In this document: positions 35,566 to 47,100 of the stretch, piece by piece
Position numbering within the stretch: position 1 is the stretch's first letter
Layout of the letters: each line of letters begins with the position of its first letter
NCBI GenBank assembly: GCA_004764695.1
Contig: SMSO01000037.1
Coordinates: forward strand, 782,747 to 846,746
DNA length: 64,000 nt
Source of the DNA: Schizochytrium sp. TIO01
Lineage: Eukaryota; Protista; Bigyra: Labyrinthulomycetes
Direction of reading: 5' to 3'
Translations under genes and position numbers: made by a program
The notes under the pieces: generated by a model
The model's database searches: none
What the model saw: the letters and a program-made list of their open reading frames with translations, nothing else
What the model was told of the DNA's origin: nothing

Positions 35566-36180
35566 TCATTTGGCATGCTTGCTCTCAGCAAGGAGGTCCT
35601 TATACTTAGCGTAGCGGGGATCCTCGAGCGCAATTTCTGCAATACGCTTGTCATTTTCGATGGCGGCGACAAGGGCCTCCATAGAATCAAAGTTGAGTTC
35701 AGGCCGGATGTAACCACAAACTACGATAGTGAGTGTTTTGCCATAGAAGTCGCCCTTAAATGCGTGCAGGATGTGTGGCTCCACAGTTTTTTTGTCGTTC
35801 TTGAAATAAGGATTCCAGCCGATGGATGTAACCATTTTGTGGACCGCGCCGCCATCAAGCTGGGCCCAGCCGAAGTACACGCCAGTCTCGGAGGTGGCTA
35901 CTGCATTACCAAAAGACTTCTCATCAAGATTCGCGGTGGGGCATCCCAATAGCTTGCCGCCGCGCCCGAATCCACGCACGACTTCACCTTGTAGGCGCAT
36001 GGGTTTGGCCATCTCACGCACATCCGTTAGAGAATACACAGTCTTGCTATCTGTGGGAGCCTTGCTAGAGGCTTGGCGCGAGAATCGCACAGAGGCCCGA
36101 AGCAGAGCGGCGGCTGAACACGCAGCAAAGGCAGCGAATGCGCCGCGGGAGACCTGAGAGGAAGCCATAGGTGCAGACAT
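35566..36180 (-). CDS. RFK: Riboflavin kinase with putative organellar presequence
   Basis: GEVVRGFGRGGKLLGCPTANL, GVYFGWA, SIGWNPYF, EPHILH.F..DFYG and GYIRPE. The N-terminal extension is Ala/Ser/Arg-rich. Confidence 0.96.
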   Translation of the reverse strand: MSAPMASSQVSRGAFAAFAACSAAALLRASVRFSRQASSKAPTDSKTVYSLTDVREMAKPMRLQGEVVRGFGRGGKLLGCPTANLDEKSFGNAVATSETGVYFGWAQLDGGAVHKMVTSIGWNPYFKNDKKTVEPHILHAFKGDFYGKTLTIVVCGYIRPELNFDSMEALVAAIENDKRIAEIALEDPRYAKYKDLLAESKHAK

Positions 36181-36573
36181 TTGAGTGAAGGTTAAGGCTT
36201 TGGACACGGGATTTCGCAAATACAATCCGCAGAAATAACCTCTAAAATCCTCCTTGAATTGGTAAGCGGGTGCAAGTGGTAGCGCAAAAGCAAAAGAGGG
36301 AGTAGATGTAGTAAGGGACTTGAGTCACCAATGTCAAGCCCGGGCATTCAAAGGCTTCTTCCGCAGTAGCTTCTTGCTTAGGAACTTCCGTCCTAGATTT
36401 GATTCGTTCATTTTCATTTCGATTCGTAACTTGAAAAGAGAAGAAAAAATAGTTTTCCTTTTGTTAAATTCCGTTCTTTTACAAGAACAGCTTATGGTGG
36501 TGAGGCAGAGCGCCTATGCGGGCCTGGCGAAGGAAGTCCTGGGCCTGCCTATGGGCGATTGGATGCAGTGCAG

Positions 36574-37275
36574 ATGTCATATCCACTGGGTGGCTCCGCT
36601 CACACCGCAAGCTCGTTTTGCGCTAGCTTAGACGACGATGCTCGACGTTCTGGTCACTGCGTGGAGAAATTTGACGACGGTAGGAGAGTGTCGCGGCGCA
36701 ACGAGGTGGAGGCTCTTGCGGAAGCACTTGGAGCTCTAAGCGTTGGCGACCCACGCAGAGAAAGTCTTATTCGTAACGCTCCTGAGTCGGATGTACGTGA
36801 GGCCCTGCGAATTCTTGAGGCAAGAAACTCCGTACTCAAGGAACGTGGCGACGGCGATCTGCTCAGAGATGCCATGCAGGACGGGTCATCCTTTATGTGT
36901 CCGCGATGTGAGGGCGTCATCGCAGTGTCAAGGAGGGATTTTCACGCACAGTGGTGCCCAGCTTGGCCTCTAGACGCATCCTCTTCGAATTCTTCATTTT
37001 CAATACCTTCATCAATTCCTGTGTCAAATGAATCTTCAGAACATTCTTCAATACGTTCTTCACCATCGTTCCTGTCACGTCCAAATCCCTCAATTTCCTC
37101 TCCTTATATGAACCAACAAATGCACGATGGACCGCAACGAATGCACGCGTTCTCAACCTCGAGCTCCGTCTCATTCTCTTACCATTCATCGACCGCTCCA
37201 GTTGTTGATTTTCACAGCAAAAACACAACCATCGAAATGCATGACACTTCGATGGACGTTGAAGGGTCTCCATAA
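36574..37275 (+). CDS. Hypothetical protein with a C2HC-type zinc-finger motif and Ser-rich tail
   Basis: FMCPRCEGVIAVSRRDFHAQWCP (C-x2-C-x11-H-x3-C). First ATG is at 36574. Head-to-head with RFK, about 390 bp apart. Confidence 0.7.
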   Translation: MSYPLGGSAHTASSFCASLDDDARRSGHCVEKFDDGRRVSRRNEVEALAEALGALSVGDPRRESLIRNAPESDVREALRILEARNSVLKERGDGDLLRDAMQDGSSFMCPRCEGVIAVSRRDFHAQWCPAWPLDASSSNSSFSIPSSIPVSNESSEHSSIRSSPSFLSRPNPSISSPYMNQQMHDGPQRMHAFSTSSSVSFSYHSSTAPVVDFHSKNTTIEMHDTSMDVEGSP

Positions 37276-38335
37276 TAATACTTAACTGCTGATGCTACGT
37301 GCACCATCATAAACATTAATTAGGAATGGCACGATGAAAATTGTATTATTACGACAATGACGTGACAGCAATCTTGATGACCCCATGATGGTGGTGTGAA
37401 ACGAAGCCATCGAAATACTTAACATCTATTGCCATAAATTTCAAGAAGACCCGCCTAACTGGCATGATCTGCCTCGTGTGTTTGCATCTGAAGTGCTGTT
37501 ATGTTTGGACCCTTCCAGCACCGTCAGTAGCGAGCCAACAAATCTAACCGAATATTATACACAGTTCACTTTGCCCGCGCTAGCACAACCTCGCCAGAAA
37601 CGCATTGATAATCTATCAATTCATATGGCAAATAAGTCTTGTTTGAGGCCCACACAAATCATTGTCGATAAACTTCGCATTTCACATATCTTACGTGTTT
37701 TTTTTTTGTTTTTTCTGTACATATGGTGGATGTATAAATGTTTGTCCATTTAGTTGGAGCCCTAGCTATCCGTATTCTCCTTGTTTTCTGTCCTTGTTAT
37801 TTCTTACCTTTCAATCGCTCTCCACTGTATGAAAACCCCAGTCATAGACCTCAAACTAAAATAAATAAATAAAAAGGAAAATGGATAAGACAAAACAAGA
37901 CATGAGGAAAATACATCCTTCAACTTAAAGTATTATATGACGAGTATCCATATTTATACCGGAGGTAGCCAGGTTTCTGCAATTAATACTGGGTAAATTT
38001 CTAGACAGGGTCTTGATACTTCTAGTGAATGAGAATAATTTCAGAAGAAAGAAAATCACAACTGAAATGGTCTTGACAAGGTAGTAAGATAAGAACAAGG
38101 AAGGAAGGTTTCGAGAATTTGGCAGGGAACAATGAGTTCCCACTTGGCTATTACATTACTAAATACTATCTGGTAAAGAGGTTGTGGAGAGTCATTCAAA
38201 CACCAATGCAACAAACAGAACCATGCAAACACAGTATCGAAACCAACCAGCGAGCCCGTCGCGCAGCTTTGCATTATACCAAATGGAATTAATGCTTGCA
38301 AAGCTGATTCGATAACAAAGTAAGTTACGTATCGA

Positions 38336-39343
38336 TTATGCGGCGGGAGGGGGTTTGTGAGGCAAAGTGGTGGGCGGCTTCTCCTCCAAAAGGTCGTTGA
38401 GACATCTGATGAGGTTCATGCTCTCCTGGAACGTTGCCTCGGCACATCCACGCCAGCGCACAAGACCCTGAGGATCAATAAGGAATGCGTAGCCAATAAT
38501 ACGGTTCTTGACACCCAGTGCAGGCTTCCAAGCAGAAAAGTCATCATAAAAACCAGCTGTGCTATCCATGTGGCGACTGTCAACAGTACGCTCAAAGGCC
38601 TTCCCCAAAACGCTTGAAAGGGACTGGTAAAAACGGTTCTCAACAACCGATACTGAAACAACCTGCAGGCTACGCTTGTTGCGTTGGCGGTGCTGGAGTA
38701 CATTGGCATGGAGGTGGCGCTCCACAGGTTCACGCCAGCTCGGGAGCATCTCAAATCCAAGTTGGTTGAATGACACCAAAAGGAGTGTAACCTTATTGAT
38801 GCTAGGCACAGAAATAGGCTGACCAGTAAGGGCCTGGAGACGCAAAGGTGGGATTTGCTCAGCTTGTTCACGAAGAATAAGGTGTTCGTCAGCCTCAAAG
38901 AGTTTCAAATCGGGCTTCTCATATACGCGGCGAAGCTGCACAAGCAAACTCGTCTCCATCCATGCCCGAAGCTTGCCCATAAGCTCTTCATGACGAACCT
39001 GCTTCTCAGATTTTACGTCATCGTCGCCTTCCTTCTTGTCTCCATTCTTGTCTTCACCTTGAGATTGCTGCTTCTCGATCTTTTCGGAGTCTACAGCTTG
39101 GTTCTGGTCTTCCTGCACTTTGTCAGAAGCAGACTTTACAGCATTGGCTTCAGGCTCAGCAATCCTAGAATCGATCTTGGTATCGGCAATCTTGGGCTCG
39201 TTCGTCGCAGGCTTTTCTTCTTGAGTACTCTTGGCCTCGACAGCAGCTTTGGCAACCTCAGGAGCTTTTCCTGCAGACGATGAGCTCAGGGCTCGCAGAG
39301 CGCCACTTCGTAGCACACGAGACGCAATTGTACGTGAAAGCAT
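38336..39343 (-). CDS. ATP10: Mitochondrial ATP synthase assembly factor ATP10
   Basis: Arg/Ser/Ala-rich presequence MLSRTIASRVLRSGALRALSS and C-terminal signature LGVKNRIIGYAFLIDPQGLVRWRGCAEAT..E. Confidence 0.88.
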   Translation of the reverse strand: MLSRTIASRVLRSGALRALSSSSAGKAPEVAKAAVEAKSTQEEKPATNEPKIADTKIDSRIAEPEANAVKSASDKVQEDQNQAVDSEKIEKQQSQGEDKNGDKKEGDDDVKSEKQVRHEELMGKLRAWMETSLLVQLRRVYEKPDLKLFEADEHLILREQAEQIPPLRLQALTGQPISVPSINKVTLLLVSFNQLGFEMLPSWREPVERHLHANVLQHRQRNKRSLQVVSVSVVENRFYQSLSSVLGKAFERTVDSRHMDSTAGFYDDFSAWKPALGVKNRIIGYAFLIDPQGLVRWRGCAEATFQESMNLIRCLNDLLEEKPPTTLPHKPPPAA

Positions 39344-40574
39344 GGTCCCAACGATGAGTTAACTTCCTATAAAATAACCTATCGATTAAATCAAACAGCC
39401 TTGCTATCAGATCAGCACAGCCACGCGAACGAAGTTTGCTCTGATGTCGAATGTGTTCAACCAAGGTAATAGTAAACCATAAAAGCAAAACCTCATCTTG
39501 ATTAACATAAAGTAAACTACTAGAACACAAAGCAGTGGCTGGTTCTACTAGTAAGGAGTAGATAACTGTACGAAGAATGCATACCAATGACACTATTGAG
39601 TACGCCTAATGCTTCCTAGCATTGGCAGCGTTACTGCTACTCGTGGCTATCAAAGAGTGAAAGAGCCCAAAAATGTGGACAAAGTGATTGACAGTGGAAT
39701 TTCAAGAAGCAAGAAATCTTGAAACTTTGGGTATAACAGAATGTGGAAGATGAAAACACAGCTTAGCAAAATGATTTCACAATTAGCTGCATTTGGGAAT
39801 GGGTTGTAAATACAATTCAAAGAAGTGCTTCGTCATCAAGTTGGCTAAAGCAACTTGCTCTTAGTGTGGTCATATTAGCTGCATTTTCATAGTGGCACAC
39901 TGGTATCCATGACCATGTAAATCGACCAATCAATCGAATATGCACATAGGCAGTATGGGCACCCTAAAACTAACTAGAAATCTTTACTAAATGCATCAAC
40001 ACTAACAAAAAAAGACGAAATCGAACTCTACAGCAATTAGAACTAGTAGAATGTTTTACAAATATATTACATTGCAGAACTACTTGCTCCTACTCGCAGA
40101 AAATTCCGGTAGAAATAATTGGCTACAAAGAGTTTATGTGCAATGCGCTCTAAAGCTCTTGACGTTTCTTTCGTACAACAACATCCAATTTTTGTGTTGG
40201 TACTCATAACGTAGAAGCATATTTTTGCTAGCGCGCCGCAAGTTTTGTATTGAGAAAGAGTAGCTTCCAGCATTCGAACAAATCTACCTGCACATTAATA
40301 ACCGGAGTTTATCATCGCAGTGGAATATTCCACAAAATTCTCTAATATCTCAATCGTATTCTTGTCCATTTCCGAGAAAGCATTCATATTATTCATCTCA
40401 CTCTCAAAAAAAAGCCTTGTTGTGACAAACTATCCTAATCGTCACAAGTAGAAAGCAAAACCATAAAAAGACAACAAATCAAACAAAATTCCAAACTGAC
40501 GCAAACCTCCGAAAAGTGCTTGGAGCCGTGCCTGCAAGCACAGCGAGGGACCCTCATTCAAATCTCTGATCACT

Positions 40575-42044
40575 ATGGAGCGCGCCCGCTCTGCTCTTGA
40601 GGAGCTGGAGGGCCTTGAGCGGTGCGTCTCGGATTCGCTAAGAGATCGGCAGGCCGCATCGGGCCGCCTCGCTCGCTCCCGGGAGGCCTTTCGCGCCGCT
40701 AGCCTGCTTGATGCGTGCTCATCGCTTGCATCTGACGCATCGTTCTGGACAGACCGTGGCGCTGAAGCGCAGGCTGAAGCAGCTAGGATTACCTCTGGCG
40801 GCGTTCAGGCCTTCTTCGCAGAGAAACGTGCTCTTCAAGACTTCTATGTGCGGCATCCAAATGCGGCTGGCCAAGGCTCTGTCCTAGAGGCATGCCGGGC
40901 CAAGGCTGAAGATGGTCCTCAGTGGAGTGGTGAGGAGCGTCATGGCAAGTACTTAGATCTCCATGAGCACTTTCATACCTTTGTGAACCTAAAGAGCAAT
41001 TCGGAAAGCCAACGCTCCAAGTCGTATTCAGATTATCTCGATGGTCTCGCGGATTTTGATGACCTGGACCTTCTGCGTGTAAAGACTAACAAAATGTATG
41101 TGGAATATCTTCGAAGTTTGAGAAAGTATCTCGAAGGATTTCACAAAAGAGCACAAGCCTTGGTTCTTTTGGATTTACAAGTGGTCAAGAATGAATTTGA
41201 AGAGGCGTGGGAAAAGGGCGTGGTCCACGGCTGGGAACGAAAGAGAATTGACACAGAGCAGGCAAGGGTGCGATTGGATCCTAAGGAAGTTGTGCAGGAG
41301 CTTCTTGTAAGAGGTGCCAAGTCAGGAGGAAGTCCAGGGCAGAGGGTTGAGAGGTTGAGCCTAATTGCGGATTGCCCCATGCACCGACAGGATTCACAGC
41401 CTCCGGAGGATGATCCAGCGAAGGCCAAAGCGTGGAAAAAGGCCAAACTATTTGATGCACATGAAGTGGCCTACGAGGAGACATTAGTGAAATTCTTTGT
41501 AGACAATCTTGCGGAATATGTGGATGCAACAAAATCTTTCATCACGCGCAAACAGACGCAGACGTACGAGGAACTTCGACAGGAGGAAGAGGCAGAGGCC
41601 CTCAGAGATGCTGGCTTTGACGATGACGACGATGAGCTTTATGAGGACTCAAAGGAAGACGAAGATGCTCACGATAACCCTAAAAACCTACCTCTTGATT
41701 GGGATGGTAAACCTATCCCGCTGTGGCTATACAAGCTTCACGGGCTCAATATGGAGTTTACATGTGAGATTTGTGGAAACTACACCTATCGTGGTCGCCA
41801 TGCATATGATCGACACTTCAAGGACTGGCGCCATGCCCATGGTATGAGCGTTCTTGGAATTCCAAACACAGCGCATTTTCACGACATTACGAAGATTGAT
41901 GAGGCTCGCGCACTTTATGCCAAGTTGCGCGACTCTATTAAACAAGATACATTCTCTCGTGACGAGGAGCAGCTCGAAGATTCCCAAGGTAATGTTCTTG
42001 ACCGCAAAACTTACCTCGATCTCAAACGCCAAGGGCTGCTTTGA
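40575..42044 (+). CDS. SF3A3: Splicing factor 3A subunit 3 (SF3A3/PRP9)
   Basis: SGEERHGKYLDL, NPKNLPLDWDGKPIPLWLYKLHGL, matrin-type zinc finger CEICGNYTYRGRHAYDRHF..WRH and C-terminal EDSQGNV...TYLDLKRQGLL. Confidence 0.97.
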   Translation: MERARSALEELEGLERCVSDSLRDRQAASGRLARSREAFRAASLLDACSSLASDASFWTDRGAEAQAEAARITSGGVQAFFAEKRALQDFYVRHPNAAGQGSVLEACRAKAEDGPQWSGEERHGKYLDLHEHFHTFVNLKSNSESQRSKSYSDYLDGLADFDDLDLLRVKTNKMYVEYLRSLRKYLEGFHKRAQALVLLDLQVVKNEFEEAWEKGVVHGWERKRIDTEQARVRLDPKEVVQELLVRGAKSGGSPGQRVERLSLIADCPMHRQDSQPPEDDPAKAKAWKKAKLFDAHEVAYEETLVKFFVDNLAEYVDATKSFITRKQTQTYEELRQEEEAEALRDAGFDDDDDELYEDSKEDEDAHDNPKNLPLDWDGKPIPLWLYKLHGLNMEFTCEICGNYTYRGRHAYDRHFKDWRHAHGMSVLGIPNTAHFHDITKIDEARALYAKLRDSIKQDTFSRDEEQLEDSQGNVLDRKTYLDLKRQGLL

Positions 42045-44195
42045 TACAAATATTCCTGCATACAACTTGTCTCAGAATGATGTCACTGAAATATAGTCCT
42101 CTGCCCTTAAAGTATGGCTAAAGGGCGTCTTGGTAGAGTCTTAGCTTTAATAAAAACAGAGAGTGATGATGCGTCCTCATTTTAATTCCACATGAAGTTA
42201 ATCGAAGCCACCCTCAAAAATCATTTCAAGCATTCAATACGAAGACGTGCATACAAAGACATGAGCGTTCATATACGCTGGCCCACTTTTATTATTATCG
42301 AAGCCTGAAGCTAGTGAAAATTGATTTCACAAACCTTCTTTAGTAGTTCCCCCAACCATTGCAATTTTCATATTCTTTCGTATCTACCATGTGAAGGTTG
42401 CCTTCCTGTGGTGCTGTTCTTTTCATACTCCGTACTTTCTAGGCCATTCTTTGGGATTCCACAGACAAAACTGTATATGAATCCGTTTATCTTTTTGATC
42501 TTGTACCTTTAAAACTCTATAACCCCCTCCCCCCCCCCCTTTAAAGCAGAGCACGTAACATGATGACAAATGACAAAATGAAGTACTATACATATGGGAG
42601 AGTTGAAATCCCTACACAAAACTTCAACAAATACATCTATCTTTTTCAACAAATGAGAGTAATAGACAGCGAGCTTGCCTCCTCATCGTTGAAAGCTCAA
42701 TAAGGATTATTCTTCCTTTTCTCATGTCGATTCTTATATAGTACGAAACTCCAAAAGCTAAAAATAGACTATTACTCTAAAGTTTATATTTAATGTTAAT
42801 CAACACATTCTATTCTCTATTTTTAATTTTTTACTCGTCGATGGTCAATATTACTACCGTGCCATTTTAGAGTGGATCAACAGATTAGCAATGAAAAGCA
42901 AACGCCGCGTGAAAATGTTGGGTTGAAACTAAAGCATTGCTTCTTATTTTACTGTATCCAGACTGTTCAAATAAACTCAGGATTCAACAAATTTAAGACA
43001 GTCTATATATTTTCCCAATAACGCCAATATCTGCTGCTTTGACCACGAGAAGATAATTGTTGTTACTGAAACAATATACAACTGAGCAACCACTTTACTT
43101 CTCCTGGAATCATATCACACCAACGAATTCAGTAGAAATCTTTCGAATTCAAAGTATGAAATCAACTTCAGCTATAGATGTTCAGTAGTGTGGGACTTTT
43201 ATTGTGGCTCGGAAGTATATAGAGGGTCTCGGTTCTTCCTTCTTCTTTCTTCTTTTTAGGGTCAGAGAGGAACAAATAATATACGGCGTTCAACTTTTTT
43301 GTTTCTAGCCTATACAAGCCATGCTAAATCTTTCATGGCCCTAAGGTCTTTCTATTGCATAATAAATAGACCACCAGGAACAACCCAATGCTTCGGTTAA
43401 AGAAGGCTCTCAGTTCTATCGAAGGGGGGGAGAAAGCATCGAGGAACATATTTTGGTCAAAAGATCTAATGGCGCGGAAAGTTGCCCTTACAGCAGACTT
43501 GTACATGGCCACGCATTTCAAGAACTAGAGCTAACCAAAGACCTCATACTCGAACAGGTAGTATAAGTATTTAGTAATTGCTTCAGCTTGAGTTTTTAGC
43601 CAAGTCAAGTCATTTCAACTGATTACCTCTCATTAAAAACAAATACTTTACGAACCTAAGTGCTCTCTAGTGAGTACCATAGCTGTTGTTCTAGCTACTT
43701 CATATGCGTGTAAATCTGGCCAACTTTGAAAGAAGCAAATGGCAACCATTGCTGCTAAAAGCCCCCACCATGATTTCAAATGCATATAATTAACATTAAC
43801 CCAATACAGTCGTAGTTAGTGCTGCCTAATGAGAATCCTATGGGACAGTAGAATGGTGTCCTATTTATTGTGGGTCTCACGAGACCATTGTCCGCCTTGG
43901 GCCTCGCAAACCTAATAGGATAAGGTCGAGGTCAGAAACCCGACTCCTGCGCTGTCCACCTTTAGCAATGGGGTCGCTGGGGCGCCAGCCTGGTGGCGTG
44001 CGAGCACTAGTGTGACCGACTTTTGGTAGCTGCCTCCTTCTGCTACGACAGGTCTTGCCCAGCTCTGCGGCTGCTTTGGCGATCTGCATACTTGACAAAC
44101 TTGCCTTCGTCTATCACTTGACCATCAAGCTGCATCGCCGGCTTCATTGAACTCTTGGGTGCCAGCAAAGCCCTGGATAGTATAAGTAAAAAGCG

Positions 44196-47100
44196 ATGGC
44201 CCACTACAACTCCTCGGACGGCGGCTCGAGGCACGCGGAGGCCTCGAGACGCAGCAGCTGCGCAATCACAGAGAATGTCGGGCGTGATGGAGATGCAAGC
44301 CTTGCAGCTCGCCTAGTGTCGCTGCAGGATGTCGGTGAGGGCTTGCAAGCACGTCTACATCACCTTCAGCGGGTCCTGGCATCGCCCGCAGTACGGCCAG
44401 ACGCACTCAAGAACCCGGCATTTGAGAAGTTTCGACAGGTTCTTGAACGCAAATATCCACAAGGTAAAATCGGACACAATAAGCGAGCTTTGAAGTTTGT
44501 TCAAGCATCAGAAGACATTCGCTCGGAACTTAAAGATCCTTTCTTCACCATTCTCAATGCTTATCGCTTCAAACGAAACGTACTTGCACTTCTTAATCAC
44601 GCGTCAATGATATTTACGCACATTCCTCAATATGCCAACATCTCTCAAGTGGCATGGCATATGCTTCGTCTTCTGACAAAGTATGTCCAGGTGCAAATTC
44701 AGCTTGCAAACATCAAAGATAGCAAGCTCATAACCGCAATGTATCGAAGCGCAACACATATTCATCTCAAGTCTTCAGATGCGAGTTCTCAAGAGGACGA
44801 GAGAGACCAGAACCAATTCGACAAACTTGCTAGTTACCTCGTGGCTCTAGGCACTGAGCCAACAAAGTTTGTCCAAGGCGAATTCTTGGAGATGCACGCA
44901 TTTTCAAACATTATCAAAAGTGCCCTTTTGGCCTTAGCACCTACCTATCTTGCTCTTTTCAAAACTGACGATCTTGTACGGCAAGCTATTCTTGAAATTG
45001 AGCCGTCAGATGCTCAGTTAGAACAACCTGCAGACCACCGTACCTTTCTCCCATGTTTGAGCAAAGATGAAGCTCATGCATGGATTTGTTACAGTCTTAG
45101 CAGCGTACCAATGATTCTCGCATCAAGTGAACTTTTGGAAAGTGGAACCTTGATGGATCTTCTTTGCATGGCGTGTACTCAGTCGTGTATGGTCCCGGTT
45201 TACCGTGACCAGGCTGTTCCAATCAGCAATCTTGTACAGCATCTTTTTAATAACTTTCCTTCTAAGGATATACGATTTGCAAACTTAGCAAAAGTTGAAA
45301 AGGCATTTCGCGAAGCTCACACGGGAGCAATTTCTACCTTTGCAGCTCATCATGAGCATCTCCGGAGCTATTTAATCATAACACTAGAGCGAATGATTGC
45401 TATTCTCCGCGATAATTGTGGCGTTCTTGGACCTCGAGGGCCTACTGTGTTAGCTGCTCTGACATTCTCTCGTGCTGAAATTCTGACTTACTTGCGTCAT
45501 GGAAACGATCTCAAGACTACATCAACTTTGGATCATGGCGACCTTTCTTTTGCAAGATTGCTTTCGCTGCATCTTGAGCTTGCGACACTTGTTAATGAAA
45601 ATGGTGCAATTTACTCTGAATACAATAAGGAATGTTTGGCGACGTTGGACGTGGCCAACCTTGATGCGCTTTTAGCTGCAGCGCCTTCAGACGTCGAGCA
45701 CCTCCTTGATGACTTGCACTCACTCCGTGCCAATCTAGCCTCGCAAAACTTGGACGAAACTAAGACTGCCATTCTATTGTGCACCCAAGTCGAAATTACT
45801 TTATTGAAAATTCAAACTGCATACCGTGGTTTACCGCGAAAGGGCACCTGGGACAGTGCTGCATTAGACTGTGTAGTCTCGATTTCGCAACGTCTAGAGG
45901 TCGTTTCTGACAGGCATGCCGTGTTCTGCAACTACACATCACTTCGAGATCTTCTTTTCTTCCGTGTTCCCATGGATCATGCTTTGGAAACCGTACTCAA
46001 TGCAACCTTTGGCAGGGCGCAAGATGCAATCGCTCTTGTACAAGTTTTACAAGATTCTATACAAATTCTCCATCGACTCAACCAAGATGATGCAGTCCAT
46101 GCTAGTCACAATGCTATCCACAGCGCCAATGAGCGATTAAGATTGATCATACGAAAGCTGGATAACTGGACGTCGGTACTCTACGAGCAACGTTTAAAGA
46201 CCCTACATGATACATCAACCGCGATAGCAGCTCTTAAAGAATTTCGAGCATTTAGTTCCCCGCGTCATTCAACAACGTCTTCAAAGTCGGCACGTAAGGG
46301 GAACCAGTCTGAATCAGACACCAATACATCGCAGATTCCAGGAAGCGAAAGCAGAGCACAAAATTCTCTCACGATACAAGATCTCAAACATACGAAGAGC
46401 AGCGTGCTGAAGCTTGCACAGTCACTCTCGCATGAACATCTGCAGACAATTGTTATTTGGAACCGAGAGTTCTCTCCACGCGAATTACTACGTTCAGCAC
46501 TCACCACCTGGTTTTCGAAACGAATTGAAGATAGCATCACGTTTGCAACCCAAGTAGATATGATTCAACGCCCTTCAGAGTGCCTACGGCGTATTGCAGC
46601 GGCAATTGAAGTACTTGTTATGATTGGCGAAAATTCAGGTCTTGACCATACTCTTGTAATTCGCAAAGTCCTATATGACCACCAGGGTGGATCCCAGGAA
46701 TCATGGCTAGGAGACATGACTAAAGTACCACACCAAGCTCTCGAGAAAGCTTCTGCTGCCCATCGTCGGATTTATGTAGACAATCCCCTTTCTGAGCAAA
46801 GTGCTAGCCGCAATGATGTCGCATCTAAACCATCTGAGACACGAAAACGAGAGCAGACCTTGAGTGAGACTTTGGCTGCGTGGCTTGCATACTTTGTAGA
46901 AGACAGATTAGCAACAGGCACTGATGGTTCGGCATTTGTTGATTGTTCTCTTTCCCCTGAGATGATTTCTTTTGTTGTTCGTCCACCTGACGAGCAAGGT
47001 GGCTCAAGTGATAGCAAAAGAAAAGGCGAAGCAAAGCTACGTAACCGTTCTCCCGACACAAGTGGCTCAGTCGCATCATTCGCTACAAGCGCAGCAGAAG